Part shown: positions 39,200 to 52,113 of the stretch, piece by piece
Layout of the letters: every line of letters starts with the position of its first letter
Numbering within the stretch: position 1 is the stretch's first letter
NCBI GenBank assembly: GCA_010356995.1
Contig: ML996691.1
Location: 1,184,174 to 1,248,173 of the forward strand
Direction of reading: 5' to 3'
Source of the DNA: Trichodelitschia bisporula
Lineage: Eukaryota
DNA length: 64,000 nt
The notes under the pieces: model-generated
Databases searched by the model: none
Told to the model about the DNA's origin: nothing
The model's input: the letters and a program-made list of their open reading frames with translations, nothing else
Made by a program: the position numbers and the translations under genes

Positions 39200-41600
39200 G
39201 CAACGGTCCGACCTAACCTTATTAAAGGGCCAACCGCATGGTAAGGCGAAAGTGAACGGAGATGTGCTATCCTTTGGGCATCCTCGGACCGAAGTTCATT
39301 CTCGCAACTCGCAAGCCAGGCGTCCGCACGCGATCATCAATATCGGGACTGTTCGTACGACTCTATCGGGAGCCGCAAAAGCAACACTTCCGTTCGTTCG
39401 AGCTGGTCCACTGAAGCTCTGGTTCACCGTTTGCCCATAATCCTCTTTCTCCGCACCAATGAAACAACCAGAATTTCTCAACTGCATTGCGTTGCCGAAG
39501 CGGCTGCAGCTTAGGACTCGTAAGGAGCGCATCGGCGGGTGGGTTCTTTCGCCATCATCGCCGCCTTGCCATCTGTGATTGGCTTCGGGCCAGCCGCTCG
39601 GCAGCTGGCAAGCTGGCGTGGACGGCCATAGACAAACGAATATCTGCATGTAAGTGCATTTGCGGAGAGAGGTGAAGACTCATAGCGACGCCGAGTCCCC
39701 GTCGCAACCCAAGAGCCAGGGGATATCGACTGACAGTCCTTCCGATGCTATCATTGGCATACTCGGAGCGTGGCACATGAGCGCAATTGAATGCGAGGAA
39801 TACTCATTAGACAGGGGGCCGTTGCAGTTGCGTATGGTAAACCGGCGTTGCGAAAACACCCCACAATGGTCGACGGATGGGCGTCACCACTTGGGCTCCG
39901 TGTGTTCTGCTGTCGTCGTAAGATGAGATGTCAGGATACCGTAGTCACGCGGACCTTCTAGGCTACACAAAGGGTCCAACGGTGAGCTTGTCATGTCAGG
40001 ATCCGAAGACATTCTCTGACCGGCTTCGAGAGTGAGCTCCATGAGGATTTTCTCTTACGCGTCAGCATGGCAACGTTATGGTGGAGGGCGAAACGTGTGG
40101 CTGTCAGCCCTTCAGCCACTAGATCGACCCTCAACTCCAGACGCTGCATCCGAGACATTTCGTCCACCTGCGGATAGTATGCCAAAAACAGGAATGAAAA
40201 AGTGTATGTGAGATCAATATTGCGAATGACTGGGTTTTCCGCGACTGTGATACGTCCAACGCGGACAAAATACGAAGTGAATGCGATCAGTCACAAATGG
40301 GCTTCTGTTTTGACTTTGGCAGGATTCTCGGGTGCGGTAAGCCCCGAAGCCATGAGGAGGATGGACCGTGTGTTTCAACACAAGGCCTGGGGAAAATGCC
40401 ACAGACATCCAAAACGTGGCCCCCACTGAGCTCTGGTATTCGAAGAGTCTCCAGCCTTGTGCAATGTGGTTAACCGGGCGTAGAGTAATCTGAGCGCGGA
40501 TCCATATTGGTGGACGCCATGCACAAAGATATGACCTTGCGGAGGAACCGAGCTCTGGCCTTGCAAATCAGCTTAAGGCGGATTTCCATGTGAGAAATGA
40601 ACGCGATCCGCTGCTGCGCTACAGTTCGACCCAGCTCGCAAGGGTGTTCGCGAATCAGATGCGCGGTACAAGGGCCGGCATATCGTGCAGCATCCGAGCC
40701 CTGTAAATCGGCCTGTTGTGCAGGGAAAGGCGGGGTATCATGCATGCGGGGTGCTAGAACAAGGGGGAGCAGCAGACTGGACTTGGCCGAAAACTTGCAC
40801 CTCTCATCCATCCGAGGTTCTGGCTAGCCAGCACTCGCTGCGCGCGGATTTCTTGCGGGATATTTCGAGAGAAAAGACGGATTCTCCAGGGATGAACGAT
40901 CAATCGGCAAGGTCGTGCGGGTGAGATTTGCATCTTACTGCAGGCGGGGGGCGGTTAAAAGCGGGTTACCCGGCTGCCAGTTCGACAGATGCATCAGATT
41001 TCATCATCAGCACTTGCCTTTGGAGTTTGTGCCGTAGATTGTACTGTGGTATGTTCACCGCAGCCGAGCGCAGGTTGGTTGGTTGGCTCTTGGTTTTAGT
41101 CCGCTGTCGTCATTTCGCGTAGACCTGCCTGATGTCGCATCTAGAGCTGGTCCGTAACCCATCAACAGCTAGCTCCCGGACGTTGGTCATCAGAATGACT
41201 TAGGGTTATCAGCCACGCTGACTTCATTTGGCGAATACCAACTTTAAAAAAGAGCTCTAATGCAGCTGGAACGGCCGACCGCTTCAACGGCGAAGGACGG
41301 GTCGACAAAACGCGGGAACGATGAAGAGAAACTGCAGGTACGCTTTGCCGCTTCGTAGGATCATCAAGCATCCCAATGATAAGCGTGCCACAGAGCTGCC
41401 GTGAAACATACGGTAACCGGAAAGGCAACTGCCCCGGAAGTTGATATCCGCATCAGCCATGCGCATCGGATTTTGGCAAGGGGATGCCCGACGGCAGTTG
41501 CGTCAACATCTGATGTAAGACCTGATGGGTTGCTGTAGAATTTCCGTTCGGAGCCGGCAAGCCGTACTTCGGTCCCGTGTGTTGCACTCTGTAAGCGTGA
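39200..41600 (-). ncRNA. Candidate telomerase RNA (boundaries approximate)
   Basis: Template TAACCCTAA (41208-41200) is directly preceded by hairpin TCAGC-GTG-GCTGA (41221-41209). 41257-41232 pairs at long range with 40442-40428. The region has no credible ORF. Pseudoknot and CR4/5 were not identified. Confidence 0.4.
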
Positions 41601-42319
41601 GTTCGTATTTCGTGCGCTGTGCGCCGTGGGGAACAGCAGCTGCCACGAGAGTTCAGACTCCAGCCTTACGAACCACTGCCATTGGTGATCCCGCACTACG
41701 AACTGTTTGTTTGAAATTGGAAGGCGCCTCAATCACTGATATGAAGCTAGCCATGCTTCTGGAGCAGGGGAACGAAAGACCGGGGCGTCTGTTCTTGAAG
41801 CTCCTTGAGGGGTAGGGTGGTTGTTGCCGTGGGCGCTTTAGCTTGAATTTCACGAGATCCACGCAATATCGACGGCGAATGCTGAATGGCTTGATAATGG
41901 AACCAGAAACGTTAATGAATCCATGAACGCCCGCAATATCATGATGGCACGGTAATTGGGTATGGCTGGCGCGCAGTTTGACCTGAAGAAAACGAGGAGG
42001 TGATGTTCAGACTTGAAATCTTTCAGAGTGGAGTGACATCATGGCGATGCCTGGGAGATATTTTTGAGGCAGCAAGGCCAAAAACGGCCACACTATCGGG
42101 CCGCGCTGTCTTCCGGAGTCGCAGACTTGGCGCTCGGACGCGTCTTCCAATGTCGCCCCAACAGGAATGTCGTCGACTGACAACAACGATCCTTCAATAC
42201 CATCAAGTTACTCCTCGATCTTTAGTAATCTCGACGAGTGCGTGGAGCTCTGGCGCTGGTGATAGAAGATACCCCTGGATTCTGGAGTCGTTGGGTTCAC
42301 TTTACACTGCACAGGACAG

Positions 42320-45300
42320 ATGTTCACCTTCACCTCCCTGCTGGGAGCCCAATCCAGCTCGCCGGCATCGCAGTCACTTCTTGAGCTGGATGGTGGTATC
42401 AAGATACTAATCGACGTGGGCTGGCATGAGAGCTTTGACGTAGAACTGCTGCAGAACCTTGAGAAGTAAGTTGGTTGTCGTGTGATCAAGCTCGTAATGG
42501 GATCGTTGGATACGCTTTGCCTCTTTGTTATCTAAATGCGTGATGGCATGTACATAGAGTAGCTGACCGGATTGCTATAGACATATTCCAACTCTCTCCT
42601 TCATCCTCCTCACGCATGCCACTACGTCTCACCTCGGTGCATTTGCCCACTGCTGCAAACACTTCCCGCTGTTTTCGAAAATCCCTATTTACGCAACAAC
42701 GCCGGTGATATCGCTTGGAAGGTCACTTCTCCAGGATCTCTACACCTCAACCCCGTTGGCCGCGTCCTCGATCCCTCAGGCGGCCTTTACAGACTACGCC
42801 TACGCGCTTGCCGGATCCAAGAACGCCACGACTCCGAACATCCTTCTACAGCCTCCTACGCCCGAGGAGATTGCCAGCTACTTCTCCCTCATCACACCTC
42901 TCAAATACTCCCAGGCGCACGAGCCGGCCGCTTCGCCCTTCTCACCCCCTCTCAATGGCCTCCAGATTACGGCGTACAGCGCTGGTCACACACTCGGAGG
43001 AACGATATGGCATATTCAGCATGGGTTGGAGTCTGTAGTCTACGCTGTAGATTGGAACCAAGCTCGAGAGCATGTTCTGTCGGGTGCAGCATGGCTCAGT
43101 ACTGGAGGTGCGGAAGTTATCGAGGCCTTGCGCCGGCCAACAGCTCTCATCTGCAGCAGCCGGGCATCGCAACGCGTGGCTCTTCCTGGCGGGCGGAAAA
43201 AGAGAGACGAACTCCTGGTCGAGTTAATCAAAGGGACCATCGCTAAGGGTGGCACCGTCTTAATTCCTTCGGACTCCAGCGCTCGGATCCTTGAGCTTGC
43301 CTACATGCTCGAAGACGCTTGGGCGAAAGATAAGGATGACGAGAATGCAGATATGCTACGTCGCGCGCGCCTTTTCCTTGCCAGCTCGACGGCCAATGCT
43401 ACTATGCGCCACACGCGGAGTATGCTCGAATGGATGGCCGAAGAAATTGTGCGGGAGTTTGAGTCCGCTGGTGGTACTGGCCCTCAAGGCCAAAACATGA
43501 ATGAGGGGAAGCTGGGACAAAAGACGGGGAAAGCGCCTTTCGATTTCACCTATCTGAAGCTGCTGGAGCGGAAGAAGCAATTACAGCGTGCTCTAGCCCA
43601 AGACGGTCCCAAGGTCTTCATAGCCAGCGACACCTCTATGGAGTGGGGCTTTTCGCGGACACTGATCCAGAACATTGCACACGATCCGCGGAACTTGGTC
43701 ATCCTCACAGAGCGCATCTCACCACTCTCGAAGACGGAAAACGGAATCGGTAGGTTGCTGTGGAATTTGTGGGCGGACCGATCCGGTGCGAACTCCTCAC
43801 TGGCAGTCGAGGACGCCTCTTCCAAAGTGATCGACGTCGACGATGACGACTTTACGTACCGCGAAGTCCGGATGGAAAAGCTTGCCGGAAATGAGCTGGC
43901 CGTGTATCAACAGTACCTCGCACGCCAACGCCAGATCCTGAACACCGTCAACGCCGAAAAGACCACAGCCCTTGAAACCTCCGCCGATATCGCCAACGAT
44001 GCCTCCTCGAGCTCTTCAGAGTCCTCAGAAGAAGACGAAGAAGGTCAACAAGGCAAAGCCCTCAATGTGACCACAGCAATGACGCACTCGAAGCACAAGC
44101 TCGGCCTCACCGACGCCGAACTCGGCATCGACATCCTGATCCGCCGCAAAGGACACTACGACTACGACGTGCGTGCCAAGAAAGGCCGCGAGCGCATGTT
44201 CCCCTTCGTCACGGCCCGGCGCAACCAGCGCAGCGATGCATTCGGTGACGTCATCCGGCCAGAGGAGTACCTGCGTGCGGAGGAGCGTGACGAGATCGAA
44301 AACGAGGAGACGCGCCCTGGCCTGCGGAAGGAATCTACCCTCGGTCAGAAACGCAAGTGGGGCGATGTGGCGAAGCAAATGGGACCCGGAGGTCGTCGTG
44401 CGCCAAATGGGCTTGCGAAGCGACCTAAGCTTGACGGCCCGGCTGGTGAGGCTATGCGTGGGGCGTCCGTCGAGCAGCAAGAGGAGGTGGAATCGGAATC
44501 CGAAGATGAGTCGGGATTGAAGGATGGTCCTGTGCGCGCGGTGTTTGAGGAGAGGACGCTGAGATTGCATATTCGGCTTGCATATGCGGATTTCTGCGGC
44601 TTACACGATAAACGCAGTCTGCAGATGTTGATCCCGCTTATTCGACCTCGGAAGCTTATCCTTGTGGGAGGCGAGACACAGGAAACTCTTGCGCTGGCAG
44701 CGGATTGCAAACAGCTTCTCAGTACCTCCGATGACACGGCTGAGCGGACGGCGGATATATTCACGCCTGTGATTGGGGAGACGGTGGATGCAAGCGTGGA
44801 CACTAATGCGTGGGTGGTCAAGCTCAGCAAGAGTATGGTCAAGAAATTGCAGTGGCAGAATGTGCGTGGGCTTGGTGTGGTTGCGATCATGGGTCAACTG
44901 GCTATGGACGAGGGCGGGGGACATGAGAGCACAACAAAGAAGATGCGGGTCACGAATGGGGAAGAGAATGGCGAGGAGGGAATGGAGGAGGAGGATGAGG
45001 AGAAAGAGGAGAACAAGGCCGATGTCAACGGCCCCGGATTCCCGGTTCTGGACGTCGTTTCGGCTGCAATGGCGGCTCGGACTCGAGCCGTGGCCCAGCC
45101 GGTTCACGTCGGTGATCTTCGGCTTGCCGATCTTCGGAAACTCATGCAGCAGGTCGGATATTCGGCCGAGTTCCGAGGCGAGGGCACATTGGTCATCAAC
45201 GGCTTGGTCACAGTGCGTAAGAGCGGGACTGGCCGCATTGAGATTGATGGCATAGTGGGCATGTTCAGTGGCATGCGGCCGGATGAAACTTTCTACGAAG

Positions 45301-45347
45301 TCAAGAAGAGAATTTACGAGGGACTGGCTGTGGTGGCAGGAGTGTAA
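42320..45347 (+). CDS. CFT2: Cleavage and polyadenylation specificity factor subunit 2 (CPSF100/Cft2)
   Basis: N-terminus MFTFTSLLGAQS...KILIDVGW. Intron 42466-42580. Inactive MBL/beta-CASP motifs (LTHATTSHLGA, AGHTLGGTIW, DFCGLHDKRS). CPSF100 C-terminal HVGDLRLADL...AEFRGEGTL. Confidence 0.95.
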
Positions 45348-45713
45348 GGGAGAGGAACTAATTGTATTACTAGGCAAGAATGCAGAAATCATAACGGACT
45401 GGCACCGTTGTCTCTACTAACCATACCCTTTCCCAGTTACTTACTGCGGTGCGGTCGTTTGCCTGGCGGAACTTTCACGTCCTCCACCGTGCCTTCCCCG
45501 CACGGCTGCCGGCGGCCGGCAATTTTTCGGCATGCCGACCACTCGGACTGGCTTACCGGTGACTCGGCCCGGTGACATGGCATGCCGGGCCGGTGACTGA
45601 TTTTCTCCTCAAGTATTGTCCTCAGCCTCCGCAAACCAACTCCTTTCCTTCGCCCATCGTCTCCTTGTTTCCACGCTCCTCATCTTCTTCACGTTTCCAC
45701 TCGTCTTGTGACA

Positions 45714-47051
45714 ATGCCTCGTCATTCGGTTATTGCGAAGAACCCGTGGCCGGCGTACTCTCAGCACGCCGGAGACAATCTCAAGCCGGCGGAGAAGGAT
45801 CGGCTGCGCATGGCTGCGATCCATCAGGCCTTCGCCACGTCAGTCACGGATTCGGATGACGACCGCGTCAAGCCTGCTAAGTGGGCGAAGTCGGCTCAGA
45901 CGGTGAAGCCGGCGGCTGTGGCTTCCGAGGTCTGTGATACCATTCACGAGTCTACAGTTCACCGATCTAACATTCACCAGATGGCCGGTCACCAAGGCGC
46001 GTTCACTGCTGTGGACATCGACATCAAGACCGCGGGGCCGTCGACTTCCTCCGCCATCAACCACACACCTCCTCTTTCTCCAACTCCTTCAGTGGCCTCT
46101 ACTTCAACTGGCAGCTCCACTCCCACAGTCCGCACTCCCACTTACAACACCAACACTTACTACCACAAGACCTCCGGCCAGGCTACTCCTCGCAACACCA
46201 AGACGAGCGACAACTACAATCGGGGCCAGGACTCACCCTACCCCTCCACTCCCTCCACCCACCACTCGCGCCAGAACCGTTCGTCTCGCAACAGCAACAT
46301 GCCGAACATCCCTGCAAACCACTGGCGCCAGGGAGCCGGCTACATCCCTCCCGTGGACGACTACCCCCCTCACCCTCTGGCCATGGGATCCGGTTACATG
46401 CCAAACATTCCAGCGGGTCAGGGCGGTTATCACCCTGCCGGTCCGACCATGCCCCCCTACGGTCTGCCTCACATCGGTAATGCCAACTACCCGCCTGTTA
46501 ACGCTGGTTTCGGCTTTCCGGCTCCAGTCTATGGTCCTCCGGGCCCGATGTACGGTCCTCCTGGGCCTGTCTTTGGTCCGCCTCCCGTCATCGTCAATGG
46601 TCCGATGTATGGTCCTCCGGTTGGTCCCGTCGGGCCTATGGGTCCGTTCGGCATGCCGTTCCCGCCTGAGGGTGATCATGGTCATCGCGTCAAGGGTGGT
46701 CTTCGCTCGGGTGTTGGTCTCCTCTTCTCAGGCAAAACCTGTCAAATCCATGTGATTAAGGGGCGCAACGTGGAGGAGATTGTTCACGGAGTCACGTTCA
46801 ATTTTGAAGTTCACAAGGCCGATGCCACGATGAAGGTGCGCACTCTCATGGAGCAGCTTGGTGCCATTGGGCCGGGCTGGGCCATCACGCAGGTCTTTGA
46901 GATGGGCGAAGGCGAGTGGCAGAAGGGCGGTACGATGCAATGGGAGGAGGAAGCCAAGACTGCTCAGTCCCTGGAGATGCTCGGATGGGAGGGTGCCGGG
47001 GTCGAGCGCGACCTTGAGCCCATCTGGGTTGTCCTGCATCGCGTCTTCTAG
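45714..47051 (+). CDS. Hypothetical protein with Ser/Thr- and Pro/Gly-rich low-complexity region and globular C-terminal domain
   Basis: 445-codon intronless ORF with ATG in ACAATG context and C-ending codon bias. The C-terminal ~110 aa look folded (FEVHKADATMKV...W...PIWVVLH). Confidence 0.75.
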   Translation: MPRHSVIAKNPWPAYSQHAGDNLKPAEKDRLRMAAIHQAFATSVTDSDDDRVKPAKWAKSAQTVKPAAVASEVCDTIHESTVHRSNIHQMAGHQGAFTAVDIDIKTAGPSTSSAINHTPPLSPTPSVASTSTGSSTPTVRTPTYNTNTYYHKTSGQATPRNTKTSDNYNRGQDSPYPSTPSTHHSRQNRSSRNSNMPNIPANHWRQGAGYIPPVDDYPPHPLAMGSGYMPNIPAGQGGYHPAGPTMPPYGLPHIGNANYPPVNAGFGFPAPVYGPPGPMYGPPGPVFGPPPVIVNGPMYGPPVGPVGPMGPFGMPFPPEGDHGHRVKGGLRSGVGLLFSGKTCQIHVIKGRNVEEIVHGVTFNFEVHKADATMKVRTLMEQLGAIGPGWAITQVFEMGEGEWQKGGTMQWEEEAKTAQSLEMLGWEGAGVERDLEPIWVVLHRVF

Positions 47052-48345
47052 ACGTTTCGACTTCGACTTCGACACTGGATTTCATTTCCTGGGTGTGCAT
47101 ATGGCTAGGATGGGAACATCGTCCACTGGTTCACCGCTCTTGATCTGGAACAACGACTGTGAACGATTGCGATCTCGACTTTGCTGCTGGATGTTAGGAG
47201 AAAGGAGTCGGACCTTGTGTTTGGGGGACTTCTTCAACTCATCAGCTGCTCATGGTCGGGATCAACGACAAAGGACTTCCAAAAACTACAAAACGCAAAA
47301 AAAACCCTCCAAAACATCAAAACCTCACAAAAAAAAGTCAGATCCCCAAAACGAAAAGAAAAAAAAAAGTTCGTCCCACAGAAGGAAGTACGGCAGGGGA
47401 GTGGACCACCGTAGCCTTAGAAAATGGAGATCATTCCACTAATTCAGCATGATTGATGTGATTTCGTGACTTGACTGGAGTGTTCAATATCGCGTGTCCG
47501 GTTACCCGACTCTCCCCACGACCGTGACTTGAACCGCCCCCTCCCCCTCATCTCGACCACGCTGACGTTCATAGGTATCCACATCAGTTCCTTACGATTG
47601 TGTACTGGACTCGGCTTGGGCGAAGGATGGTGGCGGATGGTCGGTGGCCAGTGTCAAATGGGAATGGAAGCATAGAGTTCAGGTGTGCAAGGCTACGGCG
47701 TAGTGCGAAAAAGTTGATCAAAGACGAAGAGGAGAAGACAGTCAGAGACGCTCCAGAATGAATACATGATGATACCCAGTACCCTCCTATGCTCCTTCCT
47801 CCTATCATGCGCATATGACATCATGTTCCACCTCTTCCTTCCTGACATAACAATGCTCCTGCCCTGTCCACATCAGAGCGATCACCCGGCTCTCACCCCC
47901 ACCACCATCACAACCTCATCTCAAGCGACCCCATGCCACAACCATGCCACACTTACGTCCCACAGATCCAAAAGCGTACATCATTCATCATCTACCTACA
48001 TACATACTCCCATCCAGATACTCATTACCCCAGCGTCTGCCACCATAATCATCTCTCCTCTCAAAATCAGAGAATGCAAAACACCAACTCCCCCCCCTAA
48101 CCGCCGCAAGTGTTGAAGTAAAATGCAACGCCCATTTTCCCCCTCAGAAGAAAAAGAATATGCCCTTCGCCTCCACAATGCCTCCCATCTTGGAGAATCT
48201 TGCTTCGCAACGAAAAAAAAAGAAAACGAGAGGGGTATGTGCCTGTGTCGTCCTTCACCGTCCGTACCATATCAATTTTGCCTGCCCACCTTAAAAATGC
48301 CAAAAAGCCTCCCAGTCATAACAAGCATCCCATCTCTTTCACCAC

Positions 48346-50259
48346 TTAACTCCCCCCCCAAACCCCCTTCCCCTCGCCCTGTTTCTGCCCCCCAACAGGC
48401 CCAATCCGCGGACTCGCCTTCCCAAGCACAATCCCTCCTCCCCACCCCCCACTCACCCTCTTCCACGCCCCCCCCTTATCAACCCCCTCATCATCCATAC
48501 TAAACAACTCCGGCTCCTCCTCAATCTTCTCCCGCCCAACACTCGAACTGCTCACCGCACGGTCTAGCCGTCCTGGCCCCCCCACCGACGCCCCACTACT
48601 CACGCTCCTCACCCCCGGTATCGGTGCCGCACCGGGACGCTGCTTCTCGCCCGCAAGCGGCTGAGGCGACAGCCCCGGCGATAACGCACCCACTTCACCT
48701 AGCCCATTCTCGCTCGCGTTCCGCGAAATACGCGTCCGCTGCAACTGCAGCGCAATCATGCCCACCCCTCCACCATGATGCCTTGGCGGGCTCGCCAAAA
48801 ACGGGCTAACGTCCCCGGAAACGGGGCGCGGGCCCGCTCTACTCGCCGGACTAGCGCCGGGATGAAGGGAGGCGTTGCGCAGCGGAGACCCAACGTGGCC
48901 GAAGGCCGACGCGCCGGGCATGCCGTCGTCTGGCTTGGGGGCGCGGGAGAAGAGGGCGCCGAAGCGTGAGGGCGAGGCGGTGGAGGGGGAGCCGACCTTG
49001 GACCCTGCGTCTGGGGTGCCGAGGCCGGAGAGGGAGGCGCGGTGTGGGTCGTCGTCGGCGGTGCGGCTGAAGCGGCGCATTTTCTCGGCTGGAGTCAGGA
49101 GCTCCTGGAGCGAGGTCGGGACGAGGTCCTCCTCAAACGCGAAGTTCTCGTCCCACTCGTCCGCGACGCCGCTGAGGGGCGGGCGGGCGCCGACACTCGC
49201 GGACAGCATCTTAGCGCGTGCGGGCCGGTCACTGTGCATTATCCGCCTTCCAAGGGGCTCATCGGCGTGGGTAGGGGGCGAGGCGAGTTTAGAGCGGGAG
49301 TCGTCACCGAAGGCGGAGGAGTGCAGGGTGCGAAGGATTGAGGAGTCGATTGCGGCGCGGGAGGGGAGGGAGGAGGGCGGCGAGGACTCGAAGGGGAAGC
49401 GGGTGGGGACTGAGGCAGCGATGGGGCCGTTGCGCGCGAAGACGCTTATGCCCTGGCTATCGAAGGAGGCGGGGAGGGGCGCGTCCATGACGCTAAGTCC
49501 CTTGTGTGCGGGCGAGATGGGGAGCCCGCCGTTGTCGTTGGGCGGGGAGCCGTAGTTTGAGCCTGGGTGCGAGGAGAAGGTCGTGTCAATTGTTGGGATG
49601 TCGTAGGCTTTCTTCCATGGGTCCAGCGGGGCGTAGTCAGGGCCCGGCTGCATGGGTTGCGGCTGCGAGAGGTGGTCTTGCTGCATGCTGAGCAGACTGT
49701 TGCCGACCGGGCCTTGCGTGGGCATTACACGGCCGCCGAGGTTCAGTGGCGCGGGCCCGATACCGTAGTTGCCGGGCTTGTTGATTCGACGGCCATCGGC
49801 GGTGATGTGCTCATTCGCGCACTTGAGGCCGAACTTGCAATTTCCCTACCAGGCTCAGCACACACATCCTCCCATCATCCCAACCGCACTCACCTTCTGA
49901 AAATACTTGCAAGGCCCTACACTCTCCGAGTGCAAAAACGGACACGCCTTCCCAGCCTGACACGCGCCCTGGCGGAAAAATTTGCACGGTACATGGCTCG
50001 TATCTATACCTGTTAACACCTCTTCTTACCAGCTTCACAAGCACCACCTACTCTTCCCATTAGGCGGACTCCTCGGCCCCACGAAACCTCCTCGCATCGC
50101 CTGCGGCTCATGATGTCCATTCGCCATGCGAGCATGCGGCACAGGCATGCTCGTCACAGGCGGGACATGGGGAGCATGCCCGTTGAGCGCTGTAGCCGAG
50201 GGCGCGCGGTGGCGGACGGGCGCGGGGCCGTCGTCGCCACGGGAGGGCGCGCTCATCAT
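48346..50259 (-). CDS. cps3: Tandem CCCH zinc-finger protein, Cps3/Scp3/Lee1-like
   Basis: Spliced NTSHVPCKFFRQGACQAGKACPFLH and PCKYFQKGNCKFGLKCANEH, plus motifs LDAPLPASFDSQG-like and EEDLVPTSLQELLTP. Two short introns. Confidence 0.87.
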
Positions 50260-52113
50260 TGTGTCCGGTGGTGGTTTGGCGAGCAGACTATCCGATCAGA
50301 CTAGGATGTGAGACTCGAGATGGGATGTGAGATTCGAGATCGGGAAAGAGGATGCGGTGCTGGCGAGCACGGCGAGCAGCGTCAATAGGTCCTGCGAGCG
50401 CGGAAGTCTATCTCAAGGTCAGATATTGTCCAGGGCCTGACGATACGCTCGCTCGCCGCTCACCCGCCGGCCACACAAGTGTGCGGGGGTCCCAACGCGG
50501 CGGGCCTAGCGAGCAGTGGGAGCCGCGAGCCCAGCAGCAACAACAAGCGGGAAGCATACCTAGCAGCACACACCAAATGAATGCGTGGAGAGGATAGTGT
50601 AGAGTTTGCGGTAGGCCGATTTGTTGTAGGCCGACTTGTAGTGGTGCAGATAGCCGGGAGGGGTGCGCGGAGAAGAGGAGGTACCTCGTCCTGCCCTCGT
50701 GCTTGCCCGGGCCTAGCTAAGCGAGTCTGCTTGCGCCTCTGCTGCGCGCGGGAGGCCGGTGTGTGGGGGGAAGTGTGGCGTCGGGGCTGGGCGGGCGGTA
50801 GGCGGGCGGGCGGCGGGGGAGAAGAGGGAGGTGGTGATAGTCGTTTTTGGGGAGGACTGGCGATGATTGATGATGCTATGCGGATCGTGTATCGAGATGG
50901 GGCGAGAGCGGAGGACAGGGTAGTTTCTAACGGATGCGTCGATTTTTTTTGGGTCTGGGTTGTTTGCTCTCGTGGGATAGGATGGGATGGAGCCGGGGGT
51001 GGTGATGTGCGGGGGGGATGGGGGGGCTATCTTGTCCCCTCTCTCTCTGCTCTGTGCTGTTGCTCGCTGCCTGCAGACGCGCGTGACGGGCGTAATAATC
51101 GTCCTCCTACGCTTCGAGAGAAGTCTACATCCGTACACGTATATCCACCGAAAGCAGCATCTCACTTAACTCTTGAAGAGAAAGCCGGGTAAGCAATAGA
51201 ATTCAAGATACTCCACCAACACCCGCACTCTAAATCCCCCCTCATCTCCCACCCCACGCCCACCATCTCAACCACGCGGCTGACGGCCCGCGGCGCACAC
51301 CTCCCATAGCGTACGGGAAGAGAAGTACGACATATGCCGTCCATGGCGCGTACACGAAGAATATCTCCCTTATTCCTCCCCTCATACCCACTCATCCCCC
51401 TCCAATCCCATGTGCTGCATCAAGAGTCGCCTCAACATCTAGCCACAATCCCCACTCAGCCCAACAGCAGCAGCACCGGCGTAGCGCAGCCCTCTTAAGC
51501 ATCCGCCTCCATCTCCGGTCGTCTTTCGTGGAACACCACAAACCCATGTATCCACACCCGATCCAGCCCCCATGAGCCTCCATCACATGAACAATCACAC
51601 CTAACCCCCCCACCATCTACCACTATCAGCAGCCTTAGGTCCAAGATTCATAACAAGCATCTTTCCCACCCAGATGACCTACGAGCTAAATCCAGCATCA
51701 CCCACCATAAATCTCAAACACTTCCACGCAACCACCATAGCCCCCAACCTTGTCTCTCAGACCCACACCACCCCCGCCGAGCATCATGAGGACCATTCCC
51801 ACCCTAGGGAGCCATGGGGCCCAGCAGCCGACACCGGACTCTTTTCTCTGAACGTCATCTCCCAAAACCTGCTCGTCCTGTTTTCCTGCTGATGAACCTG
51901 TCTCAGGACCGCGTGGCCTCATGCATGTCAAGCCAACTTAGTACTATTGCACTGCCACACCTTCAAAGCTTCAGCATCATCTCATCAATTACCGATTATC
52001 GAGCCCCGAGCCCCCAGTATCTAGATACAACCTAGAGTACAAATAACATTCAAGAAATAGCCCCTTCAGCAGCTCCCTGGCGAGCCACATCCAGCGGAAG
52101 GTCCTCCTTGCTG

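Noticed and set aside
39754..40185. 10-bp inverted repeat TTGGCATACT/AGTATGCCAA
   Set aside because: One or two such matches are expected by chance in 2 kb; not used as evidence for the telomerase RNA call.
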